A stretch of DNA of 64,000 bases from Eledone cirrhosa (Eukaryota): assembly GCA_964016885.1 (NCBI GenBank), contig OZ024743.1, positions 149,668,001 through 149,732,000 on the forward strand, read 5' to 3'. This document shows positions 1-14,214 of this stretch, piece after piece. Every line of letters starts with the position of its first letter. The first letter of the stretch is position 1. The position numbers were made by a program, and so were the translations under genes. The notes beneath the pieces are model-generated. The model worked only from the letters and a program-made list of their open reading frames with translations, was not told the DNA's origin and made no database searches.

Positions 1-30
1 GTGTGTGACGAAAGAACTATAACTATGTAT

Positions 31-236
31 AAACAACTATCTGGTTGTGGAACCAACCAACCAACCAGAAATTTAGAAATTTATAAATTTATTATAAATT
101 TATTATAATAAATTGAAGTGAAAGCAACTGGTGCGTGTGTTTCTTATTGGCAACATGACCCTCCCAAAGTATAACAATATCGGTTTCAACACACGATTTC
201 AGATAAAGAATCTTGCTAAACAAATTCAGAAACGAA
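31..236. repeat. Interspersed repeat fragment; related copies at 670-745 (inverted), 9925-10020 (inverted) and 10490-10640
   Basis: Shared strings such as aaacaactat.cggtt..gaaccaaccaacc and ttattggcaacatgaccctcccaaagtataacaatat recur at the other loci; ends in a (TA)n tract. Confidence 0.75.
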
Positions 237-333
237 ATATATATATATATATATATACATAGATATATGTATGTATATATATATGTGTATATATACACAT
301 AAATATATGTATTTATATATATATATATGTACA

Positions 334-399
<66 letters not shown>

Positions 400-519
400 T
401 GTATATATATGTACATATATGTATATATCTGTATATATATGTATATATATGTATATATATACACATAAATAAAAATATATATATGTATATGTATATATAT
501 ATGTGTAGATATATGTAGA

Positions 520-596
<77 letters not shown>

Positions 597-660
597 ATAT
601 ATATATATGTGTGTACATATATGTATATATGTATATATGTACATATATATATATATATAT
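237..660. repeat. Degenerate (TA)n microsatellite, representative of many tracts (e.g. 1209-1922, 5925-6158, 15023-15265, 21785-22285, 31686-32102)
   Basis: Directly visible TA dinucleotide runs with TG/CA interruptions; they give the YIYI ORFs. Confidence 0.99.
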
Positions 661-723
661 GTAGCAGCGATGAATTAGTTTTGCGAGGTTTTTTATATGA
701 AATCGTGTGTCGAAACAAATATT

Positions 724-1208
724 GTTATACTTGGGGAGGGTCATATTCGTGTAATATTGCCAGAATTAATAACAGAACACACTCACTGTTTGGTTGGTTT
801 TCGCTTCTCGCTTCTGTGCCTTTTATATCGGTAATCTAACTTACTCGGTCCTCAATGTTGCCATTGACTGACCGACGGTAAAAAATAATACAGATACAAT
901 ATAGACACAAACACATATATATAGTTTATCATAAATCTTTCGTTGCACATCTGCAACATCGTCAGTGGTGCTATATTTTCCTCCTGTTGTATTGTATGTC
1001 TACGCCATTTTTATGTCTATATTGTGTCTATGTTGTATCTGTATTATTTTTGACCGTCGGTCAGTCAATGGCAGCATTGAGGACCGAGTAAGTTAGATTA
1101 CCGATATAAAAGACACAGAAGCGAGAAACGAAAACCAACCAAACAGTGAGTGTGTTCTGTTATTAATTCTGGCAATATTACACAAATATGACCCTCCCCA
1201 AGTATAAC
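724..1208. mobile_element. Fold-back insert: ~185-bp inverted arms (724-910 / 1021-1208) with 110-bp spacer, between TA tracts
   Basis: gttatacttggggagggtcatatt...atagacacaa is the reverse complement of ttgtgtctat...aatatgaccctccccaagtataac. Confidence 0.9.
925..970 (-). ncRNA. Hammerhead ribozyme-like motif (type I, partly degenerate)
   Basis: Minus strand: acca CTGACGA t gttgca gatg tgcaac GAAA gatt TA tgat; clear stem II, weak stems I and III. Confidence 0.6.
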
Positions 1209-1303
1209 TATATATATGTAGATATATGTATATATATATACAGTATATGTACATATATATGTGTACATATATGTATATATGTATTTATGTATATATGTAC
1301 ATG

Positions 1304-1354
<51 letters not shown>

Positions 1355-1638
1355 ATATGTATATATATGTATATATATACATATATGTGTACATATATGT
1401 ATATATGTACACATATATATGTATATATGTATATATGTACACACACATATATATATATGTACATATATGTATATATGTATATATGTACACACACATATAT
1501 ATATATGTACATATATGTATATATATATATATATGTACATATATGTATATATATATATATGTACATATATGTATATATATACATATGTATATATGTATAT
1601 ATGTACACATATATATATATATATGTACATATATGTAA

Positions 1639-1669
<31 letters not shown>

Positions 1670-1880
1670 CATATATATATATATGTATATATGTATATAT
1701 ATGTATATATGTATATATATGTATATATGTATATATATGTATATATGTACATATATGTATATATATATGTATATATATGTATATATGTACATATATGTAT
1801 ATATATATATACATATATATTATATATATATATGTACATATGTACATATGTATATATATATGTACATACGTATATATGTA

Positions 1881-1924
<44 letters not shown>

Positions 1925-2166
1925 AATGTAAGTATGCATGTATACGTACATACATATATGTATACAGACGTACAGTAGCATGCACATATATATATATATA
2001 TACATATATATATACATATGCATACAGGTACACATACATATATGCACGTATCAGTTTAGCGGCGCTAACGTCGCTTTGTTCGTTTGTAAACAAACTGAAC
2101 AGCCTGAATTTATGCCATACGGTGTTAAGGCAACCACGTCACCTTTTTGTTCAACACTGACACAGG

Positions 2167-2211
2167 AACGATGTACTAGTTTCAAGCTTGTTAGCTATCA
2201 TCAGCACCGTT
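2167..2211 (-). ncRNA. Minimal type I hammerhead ribozyme (further minus copies at 2633-2677, 3099-3143, 3565-3609, 4031-4074)
   Basis: aacggtg CTGATGA t agct aaca agct t GAAA ctag TA catcgtt: 7-bp stem I, 4-bp stem II, palindromic stem III (ACTAGT), GUA cleavage triplet. Confidence 0.9.
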
Positions 2212-4178
2212 TACCCATCTGCCAGATAGTTGAACGTTCGAAAGTATATACTTTACTTATGAAAATTAACGGCTGAGCAGCCTAATTTGCATATTGAGTG
2301 AGTTAAATCGGTCAGGCATACCGAAAACGATAAATTGAAACAAAATGAAAACGAAATTTCATTTCTCACTCTTAGTATGGCACTTACTTAAATGTAAGTA
2401 TGCATGTATACGTACATACATATATGTATACAGACGTACAGTAGCATGCACATATATATATATATATACATATATATATACATATGCATACAGGTACACA
2501 TACATATATGCACGTATCAGTTTAGCGGCGCTAACGTCGCTTTGTTCGTTTGTAAACAAACTGAACAGCCTGAATTTATGCCATACGGTGTTAAGGCAAC
2601 CACGTCACCTTTTTGTTCAACACTGACACAGGAACGATGTACTAGTTTCAAGCTTGTTAGCTATCATCAGCACCGTTTACCCATCTGCCAGATAGTTGAA
2701 CGTTCGAAAGTATATACTTTACTTATGAAAATTAACGGCTGAGCAGCCTAATTTGCATATTGAGTGAGTTAAATCGGTCAGGCATACCGAAAACGATAAA
2801 TTGAAACAAAATGAAAACGAAATTTCATTTCTCACTCTTAGTATGGCACTTACTTAAATGTAAGTATGCATGTATACGTACATACATATATGTATACAGA
2901 CGTACAGTAGCATGCACATATATATATATATATACATATATATATACATATGCATACAGGTACACATACATATATGCACGTATCAGTTTAGCGGCGCTAA
3001 CGTCGCTTTGTTCGTTTGTAAACAAACTGAACAGCCTGAATTTATGCCATACGGTGTTAAGGCAACCACGTCACCTTTTTGTTCAACACTGACACAGGAA
3101 CGATGTACTAGTTTCAAGCTTGTTAGCTATCATCAGCACCGTTTACCCATCTGCCAGATAGTTGAACGTTCGAAAGTATATACTTTACTTATGAAAATTA
3201 ACGGCTGAGCAGCCTAATTTGCATATTGAGTGAGTTAAATCGGTCAGGCATACCGAAAACGATAAATTGAAACAAAATGAAAACGAAATTTCATTTCTCA
3301 CTCTTAGTATGGCACTTACTTAAATGTAAGTATGCATGTATACGTACATACATATATGTATACAGACGTACAGTAGCATGCACATATATATATATATATA
3401 CATATATATATACATATGCATACAGGTACACATACATATATGCACGTATCAGTTTAGCGGCGCTAACGTCGCTTTGTTCGTTTGTAAACAAACTGAACAG
3501 CCTGAATTTATGCCATACGGTGTTAAGGCAACCACGTCACCTTTTTGTTCAACACTGACACAGGAACGATGTACTAGTTTCAAGCTTGTTAGCTATCATC
3601 AGCACCGTTTACCCATCTGCCAGATAGTTGAACGTTCGAAAGTATATACTTTACTTATGAAAATTAACGGCTGAGCAGCCTAATTTGCATATTGAGTGAG
3701 TTAAATCGGTCAGGCATACCGAAAACGATAAATTGAAACAAAATGAAAACGAAATTTCATTTCTCACTCTTAGTATGGCACTTACTTAAATGTAAGTATG
3801 CATGTATACGTACATACATATATGTATACAGACGTACAGTAGCATGCACATATATATATATATATACATATATATATACATATGCATACAGGTACACATA
3901 CATATATGCACGTATCAGTTTAGCGGCGCTAACGTCGCTTTGTTCGTTTGTAAACAAACTGAACAGCCTGAATTTATGCCATACGGTGTTAAGGCAACCA
4001 CGTCACCTTTTTGTTCAACACTGACACAGGAACGATGTACTAGTTTCAAGCTTGTTAGCTATCATCAGCACCGTCTGACCGATTTAACTCACTCAATATG
4101 CAAATTAGGCTGCTCAGCCGTTAATTTTCATAAGTAAAGTATATACTTTCGAACGTTCAACTATCTGGCAGATGGGTA

Positions 4179-4223
4179 AACGGTGCTGATGATAGCTAAC
4201 AAGCTTGAAACTAGTACATCGTT
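4179..4223 (+). ncRNA. Minimal type I hammerhead ribozyme (further plus copies at 4645-4689, 5111-5155, 5577-5621)
   Basis: Same motif read directly on plus: aacggtgCTGATGAtagctaacaagcttGAAActagTAcatcgtt. Confidence 0.9.
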
Positions 4224-6018
4224 CCTGTGTCAGTGTTGAACAAAAAGGTGACGTGGTTGCCTTAACACCGTATGGCATAAATTCAGGCTGTTCAGTTTGT
4301 TTACAAACGAACAAAGCGACGTTAGCGCCGCTAAACTGATACGTGCATATATGTATGTGTACCTGTATGCATATGTATATATATATGTATATATATATAT
4401 ATATGTGCATGCTACTGTACGTCTGTATACATATATGTATGTACGTATACATGCATACTTACATTTAAGTAAGTGCCATACTAAGAGTGAGAAATGAAAT
4501 TTCGTTTTCATTTTGTTTCAATTTATCGTTTTCGGTATGCCTGACCGATTTAACTCACTCAATATGCAAATTAGGCTGCTCAGCCGTTAATTTTCATAAG
4601 TAAAGTATATACTTTCGAACGTTCAACTATCTGGCAGATGGGTAAACGGTGCTGATGATAGCTAACAAGCTTGAAACTAGTACATCGTTCCTGTGTCAGT
4701 GTTGAACAAAAAGGTGACGTGGTTGCCTTAACACCGTATGGCATAAATTCAGGCTGTTCAGTTTGTTTACAAACGAACAAAGCGACGTTAGCGCCGCTAA
4801 ACTGATACGTGCATATATGTATGTGTACCTGTATGCATATGTATATATATATGTATATATATATATATATGTGCATGCTACTGTACGTCTGTATACATAT
4901 ATGTATGTACGTATACATGCATACTTACATTTAAGTAAGTGCCATACTAAGAGTGAGAAATGAAATTTCGTTTTCATTTTGTTTCAATTTATCGTTTTCG
5001 GTATGCCTGACCGATTTAACTCACTCAATATGCAAATTAGGCTGCTCAGCCGTTAATTTTCATAAGTAAAGTATATACTTTCGAACGTTCAACTATCTGG
5101 CAGATGGGTAAACGGTGCTGATGATAGCTAACAAGCTTGAAACTAGTACATCGTTCCTGTGTCAGTGTTGAACAAAAAGGTGACGTGGTTGCCTTAACAC
5201 CGTATGGCATAAATTCAGGCTGTTCAGTTTGTTTACAAACGAACAAAGCGACGTTAGCGCCGCTAAACTGATACGTGCATATATGTATGTGTACCTGTAT
5301 GCATATGTATATATATATGTATATATATATATATATGTGCATGCTACTGTACGTCTGTATACATATATGTATGTACGTATACATGCATACTTACATTTAA
5401 GTAAGTGCCATACTAAGAGTGAGAAATGAAATTTCGTTTTCATTTTGTTTCAATTTATCGTTTTCGGTATGCCTGACCGATTTAACTCACTCAATATGCA
5501 AATTAGGCTGCTCAGCCGTTAATTTTCATAAGTAAAGTATATACTTTCGAACGTTCAACTATCTGGCAGATGGGTAAACGGTGCTGATGATAGCTAACAA
5601 GCTTGAAACTAGTACATCGTTCCTGTGTCAGTGTTGAACAAAAAGGTGACGTGGTTGCCTTAACACCGTATGGCATAAATTCAGGCTGTTCAGTTTGTTT
5701 ACAAACGAACAAAGCGACGTTAGCGCCGCTAAACTGATACGTGCATATATGTATGTGTACCTGTATGCATATGTATATATATATGTATATATATATATAT
5801 ATGTGCATGCTACTGTACGTCTGTATACATATATGTATGTACGTATACATGCATACTTATATTTAAGTAAGTGCCATACTAAGAGTGAGAAATGAAATTT
5901 CGTTTTCATTTTGTTTCAATTTATATATACATATATCTACATATATACATATATGTGTATATATATATATATAATATATGTATATATATATATATATATA
6001 TATACATATATTCATATA

Positions 6019-6116
<98 letters not shown>

Positions 6117-6158
6117 TAAATGTATATATATACATATATGTACATATGTATATATATA

Positions 6159-7054
6159 CGAGGGCAATCCTAAAAGTAAGGTCTCCAAAGCGATGTGGAC
6201 GCAGAGAAACTGTTCGTACGGTTGTTGGCAACACTGTTGTAATTGGTGCTTCCTTCACTCCCAAACAAGCATGCGCCCGCTTCGCTGGGATGCTCAATCT
6301 TAGCTTGGCAGCCGTTGAGAGTAGAGCTCCCGTTGAACGCTACCGCCCAGTGTGACTTCGCTCAGTTATTCGGTTTCTGAACGTAAAAGGCATTGAACCG
6401 ATTGAAATTCATCGGCAATTGACGGATGTGTATGGACAGTCGTGCATGGATGTCAAAAACGTTCGCAAGTGGTGTAGAGAGTTTACTGCCCGTCGTACTG
6501 AAATTCACGACGAACAAAGGAACGGGAGACCGTCAATTTCCGACGAGACAGTCGCAAAGGTTAAGGAAAACATGCGCACACCTTCTGATATTGCAACTTT
6601 TCCGTTAAAATCCTGTGGATGCTGTTTCGGGAAACATCAGGAACCAAAATGCAGAGAGCATCCAGAGTGATCCGCCGATCTTTACTCATGTTTTCCTCAA
6701 CCTTTGCGACTGTCTCGTCGGAAATTGTCGGTCTCCCGATCCTTTGTTCGTCGTGAATTTCCGTACGACCGGCTGTTTATACACTTCCGTCAATTGGCGA
6801 TGAATTTCAATCGGTTCAACGCCTTTTGCGTTCAAAAATCGAATAACTGAGCGAACTTCGCACTTGGCGGTAGCGTTCAACGGGAGCTCCATTCTCATCG
6901 GCCGCCAAGCCAAGATTGAGCATCCCAGCGAAGTGCGCGCATGCTTGTTTGGGATTGAAGGAAGCACCAATCACAACAGTGTTGCCAACAGCCGTACGAA
7001 CAGTTTCTCTGCGTCCCCATCGCTTTGGAGACCTTACTTTTGGGATTTCCCTCG
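6159..7054. mobile_element. Mariner-derived fold-back element (two inverted copies of a mariner 5' end), TA-flanked
   Basis: TIRs cgagggcaatcctaaaagtaaggtctcc / ggagaccttacttttgggatttccctcg; both arms encode a decayed N-terminal HTH (EVRSVIRFLNAKGVEPIEIHRQLTEVY; VRKWCREF...DEQRNGRPS). Confidence 0.88.
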
Positions 7055-7063
7055 TATATATAT

Positions 7064-7210
7064 AGTGAAGGCGTGCGGTTGATAAGTTAGAGAACTGGAT
7101 TCGCAATCGTGAGGTTGTCCGCTCGATTCCTGGACCAGGCGACGCGTTATGTCCTTGAGCAAGACACTTTATTTCACGTTACTCCTTCTACCTGGAGTTT
7201 CGACCGATAG
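7064..7210 (+). mobile_element. tRNA-derived SINE 5' portion
   Basis: A/B-box-like head (ggttgataagttag...gctcgattcc) followed by gtccttgagcaagacacttt; related copies at 13866, 22322 and 63283. Confidence 0.8.
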
Positions 7211-9371
7211 ACTGTTTTAATTGACATACACAACACACCAACAGATTCCAAACACTACCTGCTATTCACCCCCAACCATCGAAAGCACACGAAGATGAAC
7301 ATCCCATTTAACCTAGTAAGAAGAATTTTCACAATTGTCTCCAATTATGAAACGCGAAATAAAAGACTTCAAGAATTAAAGGAAATTCTGCTCGAAAGAC
7401 AGTACCCACCATTACTAATAAATAATGGAATAGGAAGGGCTAAAGCAATAGGCATTGATGAATTACGAAAACAGAAACAAATTCAAGGTACGTCCAATAT
7501 TCTATCATATATCTCAACACACAACCCAAGAAATGCGGAAGCTTAAAACATTATTCACAAGAATATCCCACTATTGAAACAAGACCCAAGAATGGAAAAA
7601 GCCCTTGAAACACAAAATAATCAAAAGCAAAAGACAACCAAAATCACTAAAAACATTACTCACCAATGCCAAATTACCTACCACAAACCCACAACCAACT
7701 GTCAAAAAATGTGGCCGCTCTAATTGTGGAACCTGCACTCACCTCATTGAAGGCAACATGTATACATTTCAATCAGGACCAAATTTTGCTGTAAAAAATC
7801 ACTTCAATGCTCATCAAAAATTTAGTTTATGCCATTAAATGTAAAGGATGCAATGAAGATTATATAGGACAAACTAAACTCACACTCAGAAACAGAATGA
7901 CAATTCATCGCCAACAATTACGAGACCCTACCACAAGACAGATACCACTCGGTGCCCATCTAGACATATGCGGAAGTAATAAGACACCCAAATTCCAGGT
8001 CTTCCTATTTTATCTTTGCGCTGACAATACAACAGAACAAATACGAATAAATAAGGAAAATATGTTTATTCAAAAATATAAACCAGCATTAAATATAGTT
8101 TAATATACATTACGTCAACACCATAACATGCTAACCATCCAAACAGACACATACATACACACACACACATAACATCTTCTATTTTCGAAAATAAAAGCCA
8201 GAGCTAAATAAACCTTAACATAAGTTAATACTCTAACACCTTAACATGCTAAGCCCCCCCCCCATACACACATAACTCCGTCCCCCATTTCTACTAACGG
8301 AATCATTTTCCTACACTAGGCACTCACACACACAAAAATATATATATTCTCTCCATCTTAATATACTAACCATACTCACACACATATAACACCCGTATAC
8401 ACAACTCCCTCTCCCATTTCTACTAATAGAATTATCTTCCTACACACACACACAAGCACACAAATAAACATACATATCTCTGCTTTCTTTATTTCAATAG
8501 AAAGACTGAATTTTGACACCCCAGCACACCAGCCATATTCACTGAACCAGAACAATTCTCCCCATCCCGTTTTTCTTGACCATTATCTTTTGTTTGGCAC
8601 AACATTCTCTACATATCTACAAAAGAAATTCCCAAATACGGGCGCGAAATTTAATGTACTTGTTCACGTGACAGTCATAATTTCATTTATAACCAATCAA
8701 ATTACATTTCAGCACTGATCCAGAACAACTCTTTCCATCCCTTTTTCTTGACCATTATCTTTTGTTTGGCACAACATTCTCTAAATGGCTACAAAATAAT
8801 TCCAAAATACGGGCGCGAAATTTAATGTACTTATTCACGTGACAGTCGTAATTTCATTTATAACCAATCAAATTACATTTATAAAAAAAAGCCTTCGTGA
8901 GCCACTTTTTTTGTAAGTAAAAACAAATTCAAACACAAACTGACGCGAAAGCTGATGTGCTTATTCACTCATATATAAAAAACAATCTGAGCCCCACTTA
9001 CCTTTTTTGAAGGCAAATATAATAAGAACTTTGTAACGCGAAGTGGCGCGAAATTTATTATACTTATTCACATGACAGTCATCAACCAACCAAATTACTT
9101 CTCTAAAAACCTAGCATTTCGAGCCTCTTTTTCCCATATAAAACAGAAGTAACATTCAAACAGCAACCAGATGTGAGAAAAACCACAAACCCTCCATCTC
9201 AATTCTACTTTTGGAAAGCACAAGAAATGCGAAACCGGTAAAGGAACCAAATAAATATATTTAAAAAAAAAAGACTCGAGTTGCATTTTCAATTTCATCT
9301 TTTTCCCTTATACTTTCACTCGTGTAGGACACCTCGTTTTTCTTCATTTTGGAAAAAAAAACTCACTTTCT
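7211..9371 (+). mobile_element. 5'-truncated Penelope-like retroelement (RT thumb, Cys linker, GIY-YIG endonuclease to 8103, ~1.27-kb 3' region); Neptune-like
   Basis: TDSKHYL..NH.KH.KMNIPFNLVRRI, CGRSNCGTC, NLVYAIKCKGCNEDYIGQT..LRNRMTIH, KYKPALN; stops and frameshifts; internal ~170-bp duplication 8540-8880; ends in (TA)n. Clade call is from motif memory. Confidence 0.88.
9207..9245 (+). ncRNA. Degenerate hammerhead remnant near the PLE 3' end
   Basis: ctt TTGGAAA gca caagaaa tgc GAAA ccgg TA aag: stem II, palindromic stem III and GUA retained, 5' core mutated. Confidence 0.45.
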
Positions 9372-9547
9372 AATATATATATATATATATATATACATAT
9401 ATATATGTATATATATATATATGTGTGTGTGTATATATGTACATATATGTATATATATATGTGTGTATATATATATATACACATAAATATATATATATAT
9501 GTACATATATATATATATGTATATATATGTGCATATATTTATATATA

Positions 9548-9920
<373 letters not shown>

Positions 9921-9924
9921 TTCA

Positions 9925-10645
9925 ATTTTTAATTTGTTTTGCAAACTTTCTTATCTGAAAAATTTTGTTGAAACAGATATTGTTATAATTTGGGAGGGTT
10001 ATGCTGCCAATAAAAACACTGGCAAGAAATCCAGGCTGGGAAAAACTCATCAGTTGTCCACCAACATGCCAAATTAGAACATAGGGGTACATTAGAAAAC
10101 ACAGAGAAAAAATTATATCCACACAATGAAAAGATTCAATGCTCAGGCAAATGACAGAGGCGACAAACATAAACGAACTCCAACCGAAATTAAACAGAAA
10201 ACATACGTTGAATAGCAACATTACATCTAGTAATTAAGGAGAAAATGAAGACATACAGACACACACAATAACCAACTAAGAAAACATATCAGACACGCAC
10301 AGTTAGAACAAACAAACATGTAGTTCCAAATAAATAAATAAACACAAATAAATAAATAAAATCACACACACACATTCGGGTGAAACGTATGAGCACACTA
10401 AGCACACAACACACAACGCACAAAAACAAATTGCTGTCAGAACAAAGGAGAGAGACAAAATAAAAACATAGTGACTGGGGAGATCACAGAATGTGTGACA
10501 AAAGAGCTTTGACAATATATAAACAACTATCCGGTTATCGAACCAACCAACCAGCCTGAAATTTTATATGTTGAAGTGAAATCCAACTGATGTGTGTTTT
10601 TATTGGCAGCATCACCCTCCAAAGTATAACAATATATGGATGTTT
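9925..10645. mobile_element. Diverged fold-back insert of the 31-236 family, TA-flanked
   Basis: 9977-10019 is an imperfect reverse complement of 10594-10635. Confidence 0.65.
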
Positions 10646-10672
10646 TCTGTGTAATATATATATATACATATA

Positions 10673-11532
10673 GGGGATATATTTGATATACCCCATATGA
10701 AATGATACAGCCAATTTTCCACACAATACAATTAGTTAGCACCCCGAATGTTTAATTAGGAATATACTCAGTTATTTCCTAATGTTTGTTGAGTGAGTTG
10801 GGATTTGGCCGGAGTATCGCTATTAGCTTTCTCCGATTATGTATTTATATATTTACTCTTGGTGCAACCGATATTAACTTTCCCGATATAAGGTATGACT
10901 CTCTTTCTTTATTTTTTTTATATGAATATTGATTGTTCCTTGTATCTCATTCTGTTATTTTGCCCGAGAAAATATCTATGTGTGTCATCAAACGATGTAC
11001 ACATATGGTTATTTTTTCAAATCCAATTGAGTTCTAGCACGTGGCTTGAATTCTTTTCAGAATTCATTGACCTGCGTATGTATTGTTTTTTGGCGGCAAT
11101 CTCCTTCTTCCTTTTTTGAGACTTTCTTTAGAACTGCTGAGCTAACAACCTAGCATCTACCACAAGCACTGATGGTGATTATCGCTAAATATTGATGTTG
11201 ATTTGATTATCAATATTAATATTATTGGGCACCCACTGAAGAATTATAAGAGCCCACTTATATAAGTATCTGTTGATCTCATACAAGCTTCTACATAAAT
11301 TGGTATAATTTCACCCAACTTGTAGATATCTTATAATGAAACGAGACGTCCGTCTGGGAAGGGATATATTTGATATATCTCAATGATACAGCCAATTTTC
11401 CACACAATATAATTAGTTAGCACCCCGAACGTTTAATTAGGAATATACTCAGCTATTTCCTAATGTTTGTTGAGTGAGTTGGGATTTGGCCGGGGTATCG
11501 CTATTAGCTTTCTCCGATTATGTATTTATATA
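10673..11532. repeat. TA-flanked insert with ~175-bp direct repeats (10673-10850 / 11361-11532)
   Basis: aatgatacagccaattttccacacaat...ctccgattatgtatttatat occurs twice, about 680-690 bp apart. Confidence 0.85.
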
Positions 11533-11636
11533 AATATATATATGTATATATGTAAAAATAAAAATATAAATATATATGTCTACATAAATATATATATATA
11601 TACATATATAAAAATGTATACATATAAATATATATA

Positions 11637-11697
<61 letters not shown>

Positions 11698-11700
11698 GTA

Positions 11701-12120
11701 CGTGGAAAAGTAAGAAATCGGAGAACAGACCGTTAATACATGTTTATTTAAAACAGCTCCTACGTACGTTTCGCCCAGTTGGGCTTCTCAAGGGCATAAA
11801 TAACTAAACGTGTTCCTTACATTGCCCGGGCAATGTAAGGAACACCTTTGGTTATTTATGCCCTTGAGAAGCCCAACTGGGCGAAACGTACGTAGGAGCT
11901 GTTTTAAATAAACATGTATTAACGGTCTGTTCTCCGATTTTTCACTTGTCCACGTGCTTACTCTCTGCTAACTCTCTCGCCCACTAAATATTAACACTTT
12001 TAATATTTAATACTGCCGGCACTAGTATTGAGCACCTTCTGCATACGGTATTTGGCAAATAACTACATGTATCACCTATCCTTCCTCTTTTTTTCTCTCT
12101 CTCGATACGTAAATACTCTA
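11701..12120. mobile_element. Near-perfect 254-bp palindrome (11701-11954, axis 11827/11828, no spacer) plus long-arm tail, TA-flanked
   Basis: Centre attgccc|gggcaat; arms complementary with few mismatches. Confidence 0.93.
11860..11899 (+). ncRNA. Hammerhead with U3-A8 core variant (mirror copy on minus at ~11756-11795)
   Basis: gccc TTGAGAA gccc aact gggc GAAA cgtacg TA ggagc; palindromic stem III ACGTACGT. Confidence 0.72.
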
Positions 12121-12260
12121 TATATAAATGTATACATATAAATATATATATATATGCATATATATATATAAGCATATATATATATATATAAATGTATACA
12201 TAAATATATATATATATATATATATGCAAATTTACACATATATGCATATACATTTATCTA

Positions 12261-12469
<209 letters not shown>

Positions 12470-12493
12470 ATATAATATATATATATATATATA

Positions 12494-13995
<1,502 letters not shown>

Positions 13996-14214
13996 TAACT
14001 AATGAATATTTCCAGCTCTGTGCACCTAACCTCTGCATGAACCCAGCCACCATGCTGCCTTCCACTGCAGATTGCACATTGAGCACATGCCTTTACGCTT
14101 TGGCTTCTAACTAATTCAGCAATCTCTCTTCTCCTCTCCTATCTCCATCTCACTCTTTAAGATTGGTTACTCTTGAACTGTGTATATATATAATATATAT
14201 ATATATAATATATA

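Larger units (their letters stand above)
1923..5924. mobile_element. Tandem array of near-identical 466-bp hammerhead-containing units (retrozyme-like); ~4.6 units on minus (1923-4074) joined head-to-head to ~4 units on plus (4075-5924)
   Basis: Identical ORF translations recur every 466 bp; orientation flips at 4074/4075; I see one SNP (~5859); both ends run into (TA)n. Confidence 0.95.

Noticed and set aside
4097-4106. Octamer ATGCAAAT in each 466-bp unit as a promoter element
   Set aside because: A single 8-mer in AT-rich DNA with no supporting promoter context.
1938-5909. Repeated 112-, 93- and 66-aa ORFs in the 466-bp units
   Set aside because: They begin in or cross the internal TA-like tract and have no recognisable domain; they recur only because the DNA repeats.
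1923-5924. CRISPR array or ordinary satellite interpretation of the tandem repeat
   Set aside because: There are no unique spacers or cas genes and the context is eukaryotic; hammerheads, strand flip and dispersed termini fit a retroelement better.
10850-11360. Possible PLE RT-thumb remnant on minus (YKISTSW, VIPYIG)
   Set aside because: Too degraded to support by eye; it would need a translated profile search.
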